The notes under the pieces are model-generated. The model saw only the letters and a list, made by a program, of their open reading frames with translations. It did not search any database and was not told the origin of the DNA. From Clostridia bacterium (GTDB lineage Bacteria > Bacillota > Clostridia > Christensenellales > CAG-138), in contig JAFXVP010000030.1 in the NCBI GenBank assembly GCA_017524445.1, positions 8,535-72,534 on the forward strand: a stretch of DNA of 64,000 bases, given 5' to 3'. The stretch's first letter is position 1. Each line of letters starts with the position of its first letter. Positions 17,872 through 27,112 of this stretch are shown piece after piece. A program made the translations under genes and the position numbers.

Positions 17872-19587
17872 TTACGCTTCCTTCGCCGCGCGTTCTTCCA
17901 ATGCGCGATAGTCGACCTTGCCAACTTTTGTGTGCGGATAGTTCTGTATAACTGTAAATGAATCCGGACGGTACACTTCACCCATTTTCGACTCGCAATA
18001 GTTTTTGATTGATTCAATTGCTTTTTCCGAAGAAAGAGACTTGTCTTTCAAAACCACATAAGCGTGAGGCGCTTGACCCAATTTCGCTGTAACCGGCACA
18101 ACCACACAGCTTTCTATCATTGGGCATTTGACCAAATGACGCTCGATATCAGGACAAAAAATCTTTTTTACCCCATCATTCCAGTAACGCATCAAATAAC
18201 GTTTTAACCTGCCTTCAATATGGATAAAACCGTCTTCATCGATAAAGCCCAAATCGCCGGTGTGTATCCATGTTTTCCCATCCGCATGTATTCTGGCGAT
18301 GTGTTTTGTTTCTGCTTCGTTATTCACATATCCCCACATCATTGACGGAGTACAAATGCATAATTCACCTTCTTCTCCGATTTTCTTTTCTTCCTGCGTA
18401 TCGATATCAAAAGCAGAAACAATATTTTTCACGAATGGTATCCCTACGGTCCCTTCCTTGTGGATTCTAACATTATTACAGGAAACAGCGGCGCATACTT
18501 CACTCATTCCGTATCCGTTCATAAGAGGATACTTGCTGCCTTGTTTTTGTAAGTATTCATTCACTTTCCTTTCAACCGGAGCCGGCAACGTGTCTCCTCC
18601 ACTAATCGGCTCTTTTAGGAATGACATATCCACATCTTTTCTTGATTCTGCCAACTGATTCCATGAATCCGGTCCGCTCATAATATGGTTCGGCTTAAAC
18701 TTTGCCAATTGATAAATAGTGTCTGTCATTGGTAGACGAAGATGAATCTTTATGCCAACCATAAGCGGGATTTGGAGAGCACATGATACCCCATATGCAA
18801 TAAACATCGGTAATACTTCAGCCCAAGTATCATTTCTTTCAATGTCTGCGCCGCCATGAATATACTGCCATGCGGTTGCAACAATATTGAAATTTGTTAA
18901 AGCAACCCCTTTTGATCCGCCTGTAGTTCCTCCGGTATAGACGATTGCCGCAACATCTTGAGGATTGTGATTTACAGTAAAGGTGTAGTCCCTTTTCTGC
19001 ATAAACTGATTCCATGAAACGAAGCGGTCGTCTTTTACGAGGGGTACAGTTTTTTGTTTCTTGAAGATTGTCGCCGCAACCTGAAATGTGATCGCCATCG
19101 ATTGTTTAAGGTTTGCAACAATCACTCTTTTAATTTTTGTTTCATCTATCAAATGGAATAATCGATCTTGAAAAATGTCGAGAGTAAACAACAGTTCCGA
19201 ATTGCAAAGATTGATGTCATGCAGCAATTCTTCTTCAGGAGAAACGGGACAAAGAAGATTTGCTATTGCCCCTATCTTATTGATTGCGTACATCAGATAT
19301 ACTGTTTCAGGCGTGTTCAGCATGCAAATTGTTACAGTATCCCCACGCTTGATGGACATTGCGGTTAATGCTGCCGCAACATCATTCACCTTTTCAAAAA
19401 AACGTTTTGCAGTAATCTTGCGACCATAAAACTCAAAAATGACTTTGTCCATGTATGCTTCGTTCCCTGCAAAAGCAGCTTCATACATCGTACATTCCGG
19501 CAACGATGTATTGATTAATTCCTCGGAATAATATTTGAGCCACGGCTTGTCGATGGACGGATAGCCCGTCAGTTTTGTCTTCTCCAT
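17872..19587 (-). CDS. Class I adenylate-forming enzyme (acyl-CoA synthetase-like)
   Basis: YTGGTTGGSKG, GYGMSE, HTGDLG, GKVDY motifs; GGAGG before ATG 19587; interior is AT-rich. Confidence 0.92.
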   Translation of the reverse strand: MEKTKLTGYPSIDKPWLKYYSEELINTSLPECTMYEAAFAGNEAYMDKVIFEFYGRKITAKRFFEKVNDVAAALTAMSIKRGDTVTICMLNTPETVYLMYAINKIGAIANLLCPVSPEEELLHDINLCNSELLFTLDIFQDRLFHLIDETKIKRVIVANLKQSMAITFQVAATIFKKQKTVPLVKDDRFVSWNQFMQKRDYTFTVNHNPQDVAAIVYTGGTTGGSKGVALTNFNIVATAWQYIHGGADIERNDTWAEVLPMFIAYGVSCALQIPLMVGIKIHLRLPMTDTIYQLAKFKPNHIMSGPDSWNQLAESRKDVDMSFLKEPISGGDTLPAPVERKVNEYLQKQGSKYPLMNGYGMSEVCAAVSCNNVRIHKEGTVGIPFVKNIVSAFDIDTQEEKKIGEEGELCICTPSMMWGYVNNEAETKHIARIHADGKTWIHTGDLGFIDEDGFIHIEGRLKRYLMRYWNDGVKKIFCPDIERHLVKCPMIESCVVVPVTAKLGQAPHAYVVLKDKSLSSEKAIESIKNYCESKMGEVYRPDSFTVIQNYPHTKVGKVDYRALEERAAKEA

Positions 19588-19597
19588 TTCCCCCTCC

Positions 19598-19629
19598 AAA
19601 ACAAAAAGTGCGCAGCCGGAGCCGCGCAC
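19598..19629 (-). terminator. Intrinsic terminator in the leader of the acyl-CoA synthetase gene
   Basis: Minus strand GTGCGCGGC-TCCG-GCTGCGCAC-TTTTTGTTTT immediately 5' of the RBS. Confidence 0.75.
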
Positions 19630-19652
19630 GAAAAACGCAAGCTCCTTTTTGC

Positions 19653-19777
19653 TGCGACACAATCATACCCACATGCTTTACAAGATGCGTGAATGAAGAG
19701 CGTACGTTTTTGCCGAACGTACACACCCTGTAAAGCATAGAAGGTGTCTATGCGGGTACCAATATGATCGTGTCGCA
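19653..19777 (-). ncRNA. Putative structured leader RNA / sRNA (family unknown)
   Basis: About 38-bp rod; all five non-Watson-Crick pairs are G-U on the minus strand; lies between a SigA promoter and a terminator. Confidence 0.6.
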
Positions 19778-19783
19778 AGATGA

Positions 19784-19812
19784 ATTATATCACGGCGGAA
19801 CGCGAAACGCAA
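19784..19812 (-). promoter_or_regulatory. SigA promoter of the leader RNA / acyl-CoA synthetase
   Basis: Minus strand TTGCGT-17 nt-TATAAT with extended TG. Confidence 0.75.
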
Positions 19813-19885
19813 CGGTTTTCGGCAAGCTTATATTGCGAAATCGGATCAAAAGAGGTGATGACGTGTTTCGCGAGCGAATACAAAC

Positions 19886-20442
19886 ACCTCATCCGGCTTC
19901 GCTCACGCTACGCCGTACACACTCCGCTTGCGCTTCGTTTCATAACATGGAATTCGCACGCTTCCACAAGCTCCACTTCGTTACGGCGGTATGTCGCGCG
20001 TTTCTCGCGCGTAACATCGCGCGTAACACGGTGCCGTCGCGCGTCAAGTCGCGCGTCGCCATCTCTTCTCCTCAAGGAGAAGGCATTGGCTGTGTGAATA
20101 CAGAGGCTTCTCCCCCTTCAGGGTGGAGAAGCTGGCACCGAAGGTGACTGATGAGGGGGTATCGCGCGCCATAGGCGCATATCGTTCCTTCAGGAATATC
20201 GTGCCTGCAAGGATATATCGTGCCAGCAAGGGCATATCGCTTACGCATCACCTCATCCGCCTAACGGCGTATACACTCCGCTTGCGCTTCGTTTCATAAC
20301 ATGGAATTCGCACGCTTCCACAAGCTCCACTTCGTTACGGCGGTATGTCGCGCGTTTCTCGCGCGTAACATCGCGCGTAACACGGTGCCGTCGCGCGTCA
20401 GGTCACGCGTCGCCATCTCTTCCCCATCAAGGGGAAGGCATT
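19886..20442. repeat. Composite palindromic repeat cluster containing a ~170 bp direct repeat
   Basis: 19919-20087 is nearly identical to 20273-20442, separated by an inverted REP-like unit and an ATATCG hairpin chain. Confidence 0.9.
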
Positions 20443-20447
20443 TTGGG

Positions 20448-20476
20448 TTGCGCGGCGAAGAAAAGCGTGGTATACT
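20448..20476 (+). promoter_or_regulatory. SigA promoter of pth-mfd
   Basis: TTGCGC-17 nt-TATACT with extended TG. Confidence 0.65.
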
Positions 20477-20538
20477 GTTTTTATATCCCCTCCCCCTTTG
20501 CGGGCGTGGGGCAATGCGTATTGCGGAAAGGAACGGAT

Positions 20539-21147
20539 ATGTATCTCATTGTCGGGCTCGGAAATCCCGGGCTGAGCTATAAAAAAACGAGGCACAACGC
20601 TGGTTTTCAGGCGCTGGACGTGCTGGCGGACGATCTCGGCGTGCGTGTGAAGACAAAGGGCTTTTCCGCGCTGTACGGCGAGGGCAGAATCGGCAGCGAG
20701 CGCGTGATCCTCTGCAAGCCGCAGACCTATATGAATTTGAGCGGCGACGCGGTGCAGCAGCTTCTGCATTTCTATAAGCTCGAACCGGAACGGCTGATCG
20801 TGCTTTATGACGACATCGAACTGCCGCTCGGGAGCTTACGCATCCGCGCGAACGGCTCCGCGGGCAGTCACAACGGCATGCGCTCGATTATCGCCTGCGT
20901 CCATTCCGAAAGCTTCCCCCGCATCCGCATCGGCATGGGCAAGGACGAAAGTCTGATGCTGCGCGATTACGTGCTGAAGCGCCCCTCGAAGGAGGAGCAG
21001 AAGACGCTCGACGAGGTCTACCGGCACGCGGCGGACGCGGCAAAGCTGATCGTTGCGGGCAACATCGGCGAAGCGCAGACGAAATACAACAAGAAGCACG
21101 AAAAGAACAAGTCCGTCTCGATCGACGGGCACGGCAAAGAAGAATGA
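20539..21147 (+). CDS. pth: Peptidyl-tRNA hydrolase
   Basis: LIVGLGNPG, TRHNAGF, KPQTYMNLSG, GSHNGMRS. Confidence 0.96.
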   Translation: MYLIVGLGNPGLSYKKTRHNAGFQALDVLADDLGVRVKTKGFSALYGEGRIGSERVILCKPQTYMNLSGDAVQQLLHFYKLEPERLIVLYDDIELPLGSLRIRANGSAGSHNGMRSIIACVHSESFPRIRIGMGKDESLMLRDYVLKRPSKEEQKTLDEVYRHAADAAKLIVAGNIGEAQTKYNKKHEKNKSVSIDGHGKEE

Positions 21148-21176
21148 TTGGTGTATTTTTGCACCATGTATAAGAG

Positions 21177-24100
21177 ATGAAAGAGCTTTTGCACGCGGTC
21201 GCGAACGACCCCGGCTATCGACAACTGCATGCGGCACTCGAAAACGGCGACGGAACGGTCGCCGTATTCGGCTTATCGGAAGCGCACCGACCGGCAGTGA
21301 ATGCCGCGCTTGCGGAGGAGCATACGGTGCTCTGGGTCGCGCCGACGCCCGCGGAGGCGATGCGCATTTTCGAGCTGCAGCGGGCGTATCGCCCGGATAC
21401 GGGGCTGTATCTTCCCCGTGAGCTGCCGCTTACCCATCTTGAAGCGGTTTCATCCGAACGGCGATCAGAGCGTCTTGCGGTGCTGTCAAAGCTTGCGCTT
21501 TCCGTCTCCTCGCTGATCGTGACCTGTGCGGAAGCGCTGATGGAGCGGCTCGTTCCGCATGAGACATTTTTGTCGCAGATCGTGCGCGTCTCCGTCGGCG
21601 ATACGGTCGATCCGCGCGATCTCATCGCAAAGCTTTCGGAAGCGGGCTACGAGCGGACGGCGGAGATCGAGGGCCCCGGGCAGTTTGCGGCGCGCGGCGA
21701 CATCCTCGACGTGTTCCCGCCGCAGGCGGAGTACCCGTACCGCATCGAGTTTTTCGGCGACGACGTGGACCAGATGCGCGTGTTCGACCCTCTGACACAG
21801 CGCAGCATCGAGCAGGCGCGTTCCGTCGTGCTGCCGCCGGCGTTCGAGACCCCGCAGACTGCAGAGGCGATGGCGCGCGCGCTGCGGCTATTGAAGAACG
21901 CGCAGGGCTTTGACGCGCAGCGCGAGTCGTGGGCGGAGCGCCGTCCGTGCGTCGGCGCGGACGTGCTTGTTCCGCTCCTCTACCCCGTCACGGAAACGCT
22001 TCTCGATTATCTGCCGGACGGTTCGCTGATCCTGATGAACGAGCCGAGCCGCATTGCGGACGAGGCGAAAGCTTTTGAGCTGATCTTTTCGGAGACGGTC
22101 GCGGCGACGCTCGAGCGCGGCGAGGGGCATCCGTCGCAGGGCAAGCTTCTGATCGAAGCGGACACGCTGATGCGGCGGCTCGACACGACCCGCAGCGCGG
22201 CGTACTACGCGCTGTTCCGTCCCTATACGAATTTCAGGCACCGCGGGCGCGTCGGCTTTACGGTCGAACCCGCGCCGGCGTATCTCAACGATTCGGCACA
22301 GTTTCTTTCCGAGCTTTCGCGGCTTTTGAAGGCGCGCGAAGCGGTGCTATCATACGTCGGCGAGGCGCAGGAGCGCATGCGCGACGTGCTGAGAGACTGC
22401 GATCTGAACGTCGCCTATGCGGATCACCTCGTCCGCCCGCCGATGCGCGGCGAAGCGCTGATCCTCTCGGAATCGCTTCCGCAGGGCTTTGCGTTTCCGG
22501 AATCGCATCTTTACGTGCTGACGGCGCAGGAGCTGTTCGGAAAGCGCCCCTCCTCGCACGCGAAAAAACGCGGCGGCACACTGAAGTTTACGGATCTTTC
22601 CGTCGGCGATTACGTCGTACACGAGGCGCACGGCATCGGCAAGTTCCTCGGCACGGAACAGCTCACGGTCGACGGCAGTACGAAGGACTATCTGCTGTTC
22701 GCCTATCGCGGCGACGATCGGCTTTATATCCCGACCGATCAGCTGGACCGCATCCAGAAATACGTCGGCGCGGACGCGGAGGTGCCCCCGCAGCTAAGTA
22801 AACTCGGCGGCGCGGAATGGCAGCAGCGCGTGGAAAAGGCGCGGCAGGGTGCAAAGAAGCTTGCGGTGGACCTTGCGCGGCTGTACGCGGCGCGATCGAG
22901 CAACGGCGGATACGCGTTTTCGAAGGACACGCCGTGGCAGAAGCGGCTGGAGGACGCCTTCCCCTATGAGGAGACGCCGGATCAGGCACAGGCAATTCTG
23001 GACGTCAAGCGCGACATGGAAGCGCCGCGGCCGATGGACCGGCTTCTGTGCGGCGACGTCGGTTACGGCAAGACCGAGGTCGCGATGCGCGCGGCGTTCA
23101 AGGCGGCGCAGGACAGCAAGCAGACGGCGTTCCTCGTCCCGACGACGATCCTTGCCCAGCAGCATTATCATACGCTTTTGCAGCGCTTTGCGGACTTTCC
23201 CGTGAAGGTCGCATGCCTCTCTCGCTTCCAGTCCGCGAAGGAATGCGCCGAGGTCAAAAAAGGGCTTGCATCCGGCGAGATCGACGTGGTCATCGGCACG
23301 CACGCGCTTTTGGCAAAGTCGGTGAAGTTCAAAAACCTCGGGCTTCTTATCATCGATGAGGAGCACCGCTTCGGCGTGAACCACAAGGAGCAGATCAAGG
23401 CGCTGCGCAATGAGATCGACGTGCTGACGCTGACCGCGACGCCGATCCCGCGGACGCTGAACCTGTCCATGACGGGCATCCGCGACATCAGCACGATCGA
23501 AACGCCGCCTGAAAACCGCTTCCCGGTGCAGACGTTCGTAACGGAGTACAACGACGCGTTCGTCGCGACGGCGCTGCAAAGGGAACTTTCCCGCGGAGGG
23601 CAGGCGTTTGTCGTATCGAATCGCGTGCTCACGATGGGCTCGACGCTGACGCATTTTCAGGCGCTTCTGCCCGACGCGCGCATCGCGATGGCGCACGGAC
23701 AGATGCCGGAAGCGCTCTTGGAAAACACGATGATGGCGTTTCTCAACAAGGAGATCGACATTCTGCTGTGCTCCACGATCATCGAAAGCGGCGTGGATAT
23801 CCCGAACGCGAACACGCTCGTCGTGCTCGACGCGGACAAGCTCGGCCTTGCGCAGCTCTATCAGCTGCGCGGCAGGGTCGGGCGCAGCACGCGCATGGCA
23901 TACGCGTACTTTACCGTGCCGCAGGCGCGCGCGGTCTCCGAAACGGCGCAAAAGCGGCTTTTGGCGATCCGCGAGTTCACGCAGTTCGGCGCGGGCTTCC
24001 GCCTTGCGATGCGCGATCTTGAGATCCGCGGCGCGGGCAGTCTTTTGGGCGCGGAGCAGCACGGACACATCGCGGACGTCGGTTATGAGTTCTACTGCAA

Positions 24101-24617
24101 GCTGATGCGCTCCGCCGTCGCCGAGGCGAAGGGCGAAACGGTCACGCCGGAGATCGAAACGACGGTCGACGTGCCGATCGACGCGTACGTGCCGAAATCG
24201 TTTCTGCCCTCGGAGCTGCACCGGCTTGCCATGTACAAGCGGATCGCGCAGATACAGGACAGTGATTCCTATACCGATCTCCTCGACGAGTTCAACGACC
24301 GCTACGGCGATCTGCCGGAGCCCGTCATGACGCTGATGCAGCTTGCGCTGATCCGCGCCTACGCGCGGCGCGCGGGCTTTTCCGCCGTCACCGTGCGCGA
24401 CGGCAAGGCAGCGCTGACTTATGACGCGAGCGCGCGTCCGGACGGGATGCGGCTTTTAGCGATCCTGTCCTCGGAACCGAACCTAAAGCTTCTCGCAAGC
24501 GAGCCCGCGGCGATCGTGTGGACCGACAAAAAGCTTGTTATTCGCGATTTTGTCAAAAAACTTCCACAATTAATTTACAGGTTGATGCATTGCGCCGACG
24601 CTGAGACCGGAGTATAA
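21177..24617 (+). CDS. mfd: Transcription-repair coupling factor
   Basis: GDYVVHEAHGIG, CGDVGYGKTE, DEEH, TATPIPRT, QLRGRVGR, TRCF C-terminus; follows pth. Confidence 0.97.
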   Translation: MKELLHAVANDPGYRQLHAALENGDGTVAVFGLSEAHRPAVNAALAEEHTVLWVAPTPAEAMRIFELQRAYRPDTGLYLPRELPLTHLEAVSSERRSERLAVLSKLALSVSSLIVTCAEALMERLVPHETFLSQIVRVSVGDTVDPRDLIAKLSEAGYERTAEIEGPGQFAARGDILDVFPPQAEYPYRIEFFGDDVDQMRVFDPLTQRSIEQARSVVLPPAFETPQTAEAMARALRLLKNAQGFDAQRESWAERRPCVGADVLVPLLYPVTETLLDYLPDGSLILMNEPSRIADEAKAFELIFSETVAATLERGEGHPSQGKLLIEADTLMRRLDTTRSAAYYALFRPYTNFRHRGRVGFTVEPAPAYLNDSAQFLSELSRLLKAREAVLSYVGEAQERMRDVLRDCDLNVAYADHLVRPPMRGEALILSESLPQGFAFPESHLYVLTAQELFGKRPSSHAKKRGGTLKFTDLSVGDYVVHEAHGIGKFLGTEQLTVDGSTKDYLLFAYRGDDRLYIPTDQLDRIQKYVGADAEVPPQLSKLGGAEWQQRVEKARQGAKKLAVDLARLYAARSSNGGYAFSKDTPWQKRLEDAFPYEETPDQAQAILDVKRDMEAPRPMDRLLCGDVGYGKTEVAMRAAFKAAQDSKQTAFLVPTTILAQQHYHTLLQRFADFPVKVACLSRFQSAKECAEVKKGLASGEIDVVIGTHALLAKSVKFKNLGLLIIDEEHRFGVNHKEQIKALRNEIDVLTLTATPIPRTLNLSMTGIRDISTIETPPENRFPVQTFVTEYNDAFVATALQRELSRGGQAFVVSNRVLTMGSTLTHFQALLPDARIAMAHGQMPEALLENTMMAFLNKEIDILLCSTIIESGVDIPNANTLVVLDADKLGLAQLYQLRGRVGRSTRMAYAYFTVPQARAVSETAQKRLLAIREFTQFGAGFRLAMRDLEIRGAGSLLGAEQHGHIADVGYEFYCKLMRSAVAEAKGETVTPEIETTVDVPIDAYVPKSFLPSELHRLAMYKRIAQIQDSDSYTDLLDEFNDRYGDLPEPVMTLMQLALIRAYARRAGFSAVTVRDGKAALTYDASARPDGMRLLAILSSEPNLKLLASEPAAIVWTDKKLVIRDFVKKLPQLIYRLMHCADAETGV

Positions 24618-24653
24618 TAGACAAAACAAACAGAAAGGAATATCTTTGTTTTT

Positions 24654-26108
24654 ATGAAAATACAGAAACGACTTCTCGCGTTCCTGACGGCAATGCTTCT
24701 TCTTTTGCCGCTCACGGGGTGCCTCGTACCGAAAGATACGGAAAATACCGCCGATCCTACGGCGTCCACCGGCTCTGTTGCCGCACCGGACGGCACGGGC
24801 GATTCCCCGTTTGCGGCGTTTGACGGCGAAGCGATCGCGATCGAGCTCGGCGATATCAGAATCACCGCGCAGGAATTCAGCGATACGTTCGACCAGTACG
24901 TCAGCTACTTCTCCTACGGCTACGGCACGGATAAAGACACGCTCAATCAGTTCAAGAGCATGACCGAGGAATGGCTGATCGAATACAATATGCCCGAATG
25001 GAAGGCAAATACGCTCGGCATCACGCTCTCCGCGGAGCAGGAAGCGGAATGCGCCGCGGACGCGCAGACAACCGTCGATGAAGAACGCGATATGCTGCTG
25101 TGCTACTACGGCGATCCCGAGGGGAACGTCGAGGACGTTTCTCAGCTTACCGACGAACAGCGTGAAAGCGCGATCGAATCGATCAACGAAGAGCTTCCCC
25201 TGTACTTCGGCGAGGGGTATACCTTTGACGACTACCTTTCCACGCGGTATGAAAGCGCCCTGAAGGACGCTCGCATGAACGAGCTCTCTTCGCTTCTGGA
25301 GGAGCACTTTGCCGCGGAGAATCCTGTGGACAAGGCGGCGATCGACGAATGGTATGAAACCAAGCTTGCCGAGCAGAAGGAGACCTTTGCCGAGGATCCG
25401 TCGGCGTATCTTGAATACCAAAACGGCGTCTCTCTCGTCGACGATCCGATCTGCCTGTATGCGCCGAAGCAAGCCGCGCGGATCGAGGTCATTACCATCC
25501 TCGCGGATGACAGCGACGCCGAAGCGCTCGACGAAACCAGATCCGCGATAGCGGCGCTGGAAGCCGAATACGGCGCGCTCGCGCTTCGCGGGGAAAACGA
25601 AGACCGGCAGGCGGAGATCGTGACCGAATACGCAAAGCTCAAGGAAACGCTCGACACGCTGGAAGCGCAGCACAGCGCAGGCGCGAAGGAGACCGCGGAC
25701 AAGGCGTATGCGGATCTTTCGGGCGGCATGTCGTTTTCGGACGCCATGGAGCAGTATAACGTGCACTACGACGAGGACGGCGGACGCTTCGAACAGGTCG
25801 TTTACCTGGACGGCGATGAACCGGAATACCCGGCGTACGCAGAGATCGCGAGTAAGCTCACGGTCGGCGCGTATTCCGAACCGACGCTCGTTGACGGCGA
25901 TTACTGCATCATTCGCCTCGTTGAGATCCTTCCCGAAGGCGTGATCGACCGCGCGTCGATTGAAGGCGATCTTGTCGCGATCGCCGAACAGGCCATTCGC
26001 AGGGACGCATGGCAGGCGCAGCAGGACGCATGGCTTGAGGAAGCGAAGTCGGCTGCCGTTTACCACCGCGAAACGTATGATATGCTGATCGATATGTACC
26101 TGAGCTGA
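24654..26108 (+). CDS. Acidic lipoprotein, probable PrsA/SurA-like foldase
   Basis: Lipobox LTGC; degenerate parvulin-like segment (GMSFSDAMEQY...YSEPTLVDGDYCIIRL); PrsA-like genes often follow mfd in Clostridia. Confidence 0.6.
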   Translation: MKIQKRLLAFLTAMLLLLPLTGCLVPKDTENTADPTASTGSVAAPDGTGDSPFAAFDGEAIAIELGDIRITAQEFSDTFDQYVSYFSYGYGTDKDTLNQFKSMTEEWLIEYNMPEWKANTLGITLSAEQEAECAADAQTTVDEERDMLLCYYGDPEGNVEDVSQLTDEQRESAIESINEELPLYFGEGYTFDDYLSTRYESALKDARMNELSSLLEEHFAAENPVDKAAIDEWYETKLAEQKETFAEDPSAYLEYQNGVSLVDDPICLYAPKQAARIEVITILADDSDAEALDETRSAIAALEAEYGALALRGENEDRQAEIVTEYAKLKETLDTLEAQHSAGAKETADKAYADLSGGMSFSDAMEQYNVHYDEDGGRFEQVVYLDGDEPEYPAYAEIASKLTVGAYSEPTLVDGDYCIIRLVEILPEGVIDRASIEGDLVAIAEQAIRRDAWQAQQDAWLEEAKSAAVYHRETYDMLIDMYLS

Positions 26109-26133
26109 CCGATTACATAAGGAGGAAGAACCT

Positions 26134-26553
26134 ATGATGTACTGTCCGAAATGCGGCGTTTCCCTGCCCGACGACGCGACCGTGTGCGATGCGTGCGGCG
26201 CGCATATCGACCCGATGCCCGATCCCGATTTCGATCCGCCGAAGAAGGAAAAAAAGTCTGATAAATCGCCGGACGTCAAGACTGCCTTCCGTAAATGGGC
26301 GGAGGATCAGGGCATGTTCTGCCTGATCGCCAAAGCCGTCGCGGTCACGGTGATGCTGTTCTATCTGCTCACCTCGGTCGTATATACGGTCACGCTGATC
26401 GTCGAACGATATTCCGGCGGCGTGATCTTCTCGGAATTCTTCCTGAAGCTTCTCACCGGTCTCGTCTACGGCGTCATCATCTGGCTCCTTTCGGACGCGG
26501 TGCTCTATCTTCAGAAGCTTTACGAGATGAAGAAGAAAGAAACGAAGAACTGA
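26134..26553 (+). CDS. Zinc-ribbon membrane protein
   Basis: YCPKCG...CDACG followed by two TM segments. Confidence 0.8.
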   Translation: MMYCPKCGVSLPDDATVCDACGAHIDPMPDPDFDPPKKEKKSDKSPDVKTAFRKWAEDQGMFCLIAKAVAVTVMLFYLLTSVVYTVTLIVERYSGGVIFSEFFLKLLTGLVYGVIIWLLSDAVLYLQKLYEMKKKETKN

Positions 26554-26570
26554 TCGAAAGGAGTATTCAA

Positions 26571-26969
26571 ATGGAAACCTATCAGAATCCCGCCGTCGCG
26601 GAACAGCCCTCGATCACGCTGCAGATCAGCGCGCTTGTGGCCGGCATCGTCAGCTTCGTATTATCCTTTATCGGCTATTTCGCGTCGATCTTCGGCAATA
26701 TCGTGCGTGTAGCCGGTTACGGCGGCAACACGGTGTCGCCCGTAAGCACCGGCATCGTGTTCGCGATCATCGCGATCACCATGATCCTCGCCGTCGTTGC
26801 CATCATTCTCGGCACGGTCGGGCTTGTACGCAGCATCCGCCGTCCGCGCACGGTCAAAGGCATCGTCCTGTCCGGCATCGGATTGGGTTTCGGCATCGGC
26901 GGACTGATCTTCTCGTTCGTCAGCTTGTTCATCACGGGTATTTTCTCGCTGATCATCACGCAGATGTAA
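26571..26969 (+). CDS. Small membrane protein (three TM)
   Basis: AGGAG RBS before ATG 26571; hydrophobic segments. Confidence 0.75.
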   Translation: METYQNPAVAEQPSITLQISALVAGIVSFVLSFIGYFASIFGNIVRVAGYGGNTVSPVSTGIVFAIIAITMILAVVAIILGTVGLVRSIRRPRTVKGIVLSGIGLGFGIGGLIFSFVSLFITGIFSLIITQM

Positions 26970-27047
26970 CGAAAACGCCGATCATCATCAAACCTTGCCT
27001 CCCTCGAAAGAGGGAGGTTTTGTTATATCTTTAAAAACCGCTCCGCT

Positions 27048-27076
27048 CACCGTTTTTTCCTTCTGCGCATAGTATA
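27048..27076 (+). promoter_or_regulatory. SigK-type promoter
   Basis: CACC-16 nt-CATAGTATA matches the SigK consensus AC(a/c)-N16-CATAnnnTA. Confidence 0.6.
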
Positions 27077-27112
27077 CAGCGGACGGCCTTGCCGTCCGGA
27101 AAGGAGTATCCT

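Noticed and set aside
19653-19777. 6S RNA, SRP RNA or T-box identity for the long hairpin
   Set aside because: No large symmetric central bubble, no SRP GGAA-loop motif and no T-box AAGGTGGTACC sequence; kept as an unknown RNA.
19764-20582. Small ORFs sharing MEFARFHKLHF (and 60411-60830 MQNAECRM)
   Set aside because: They are translations of non-coding DNA repeats with no RBS.
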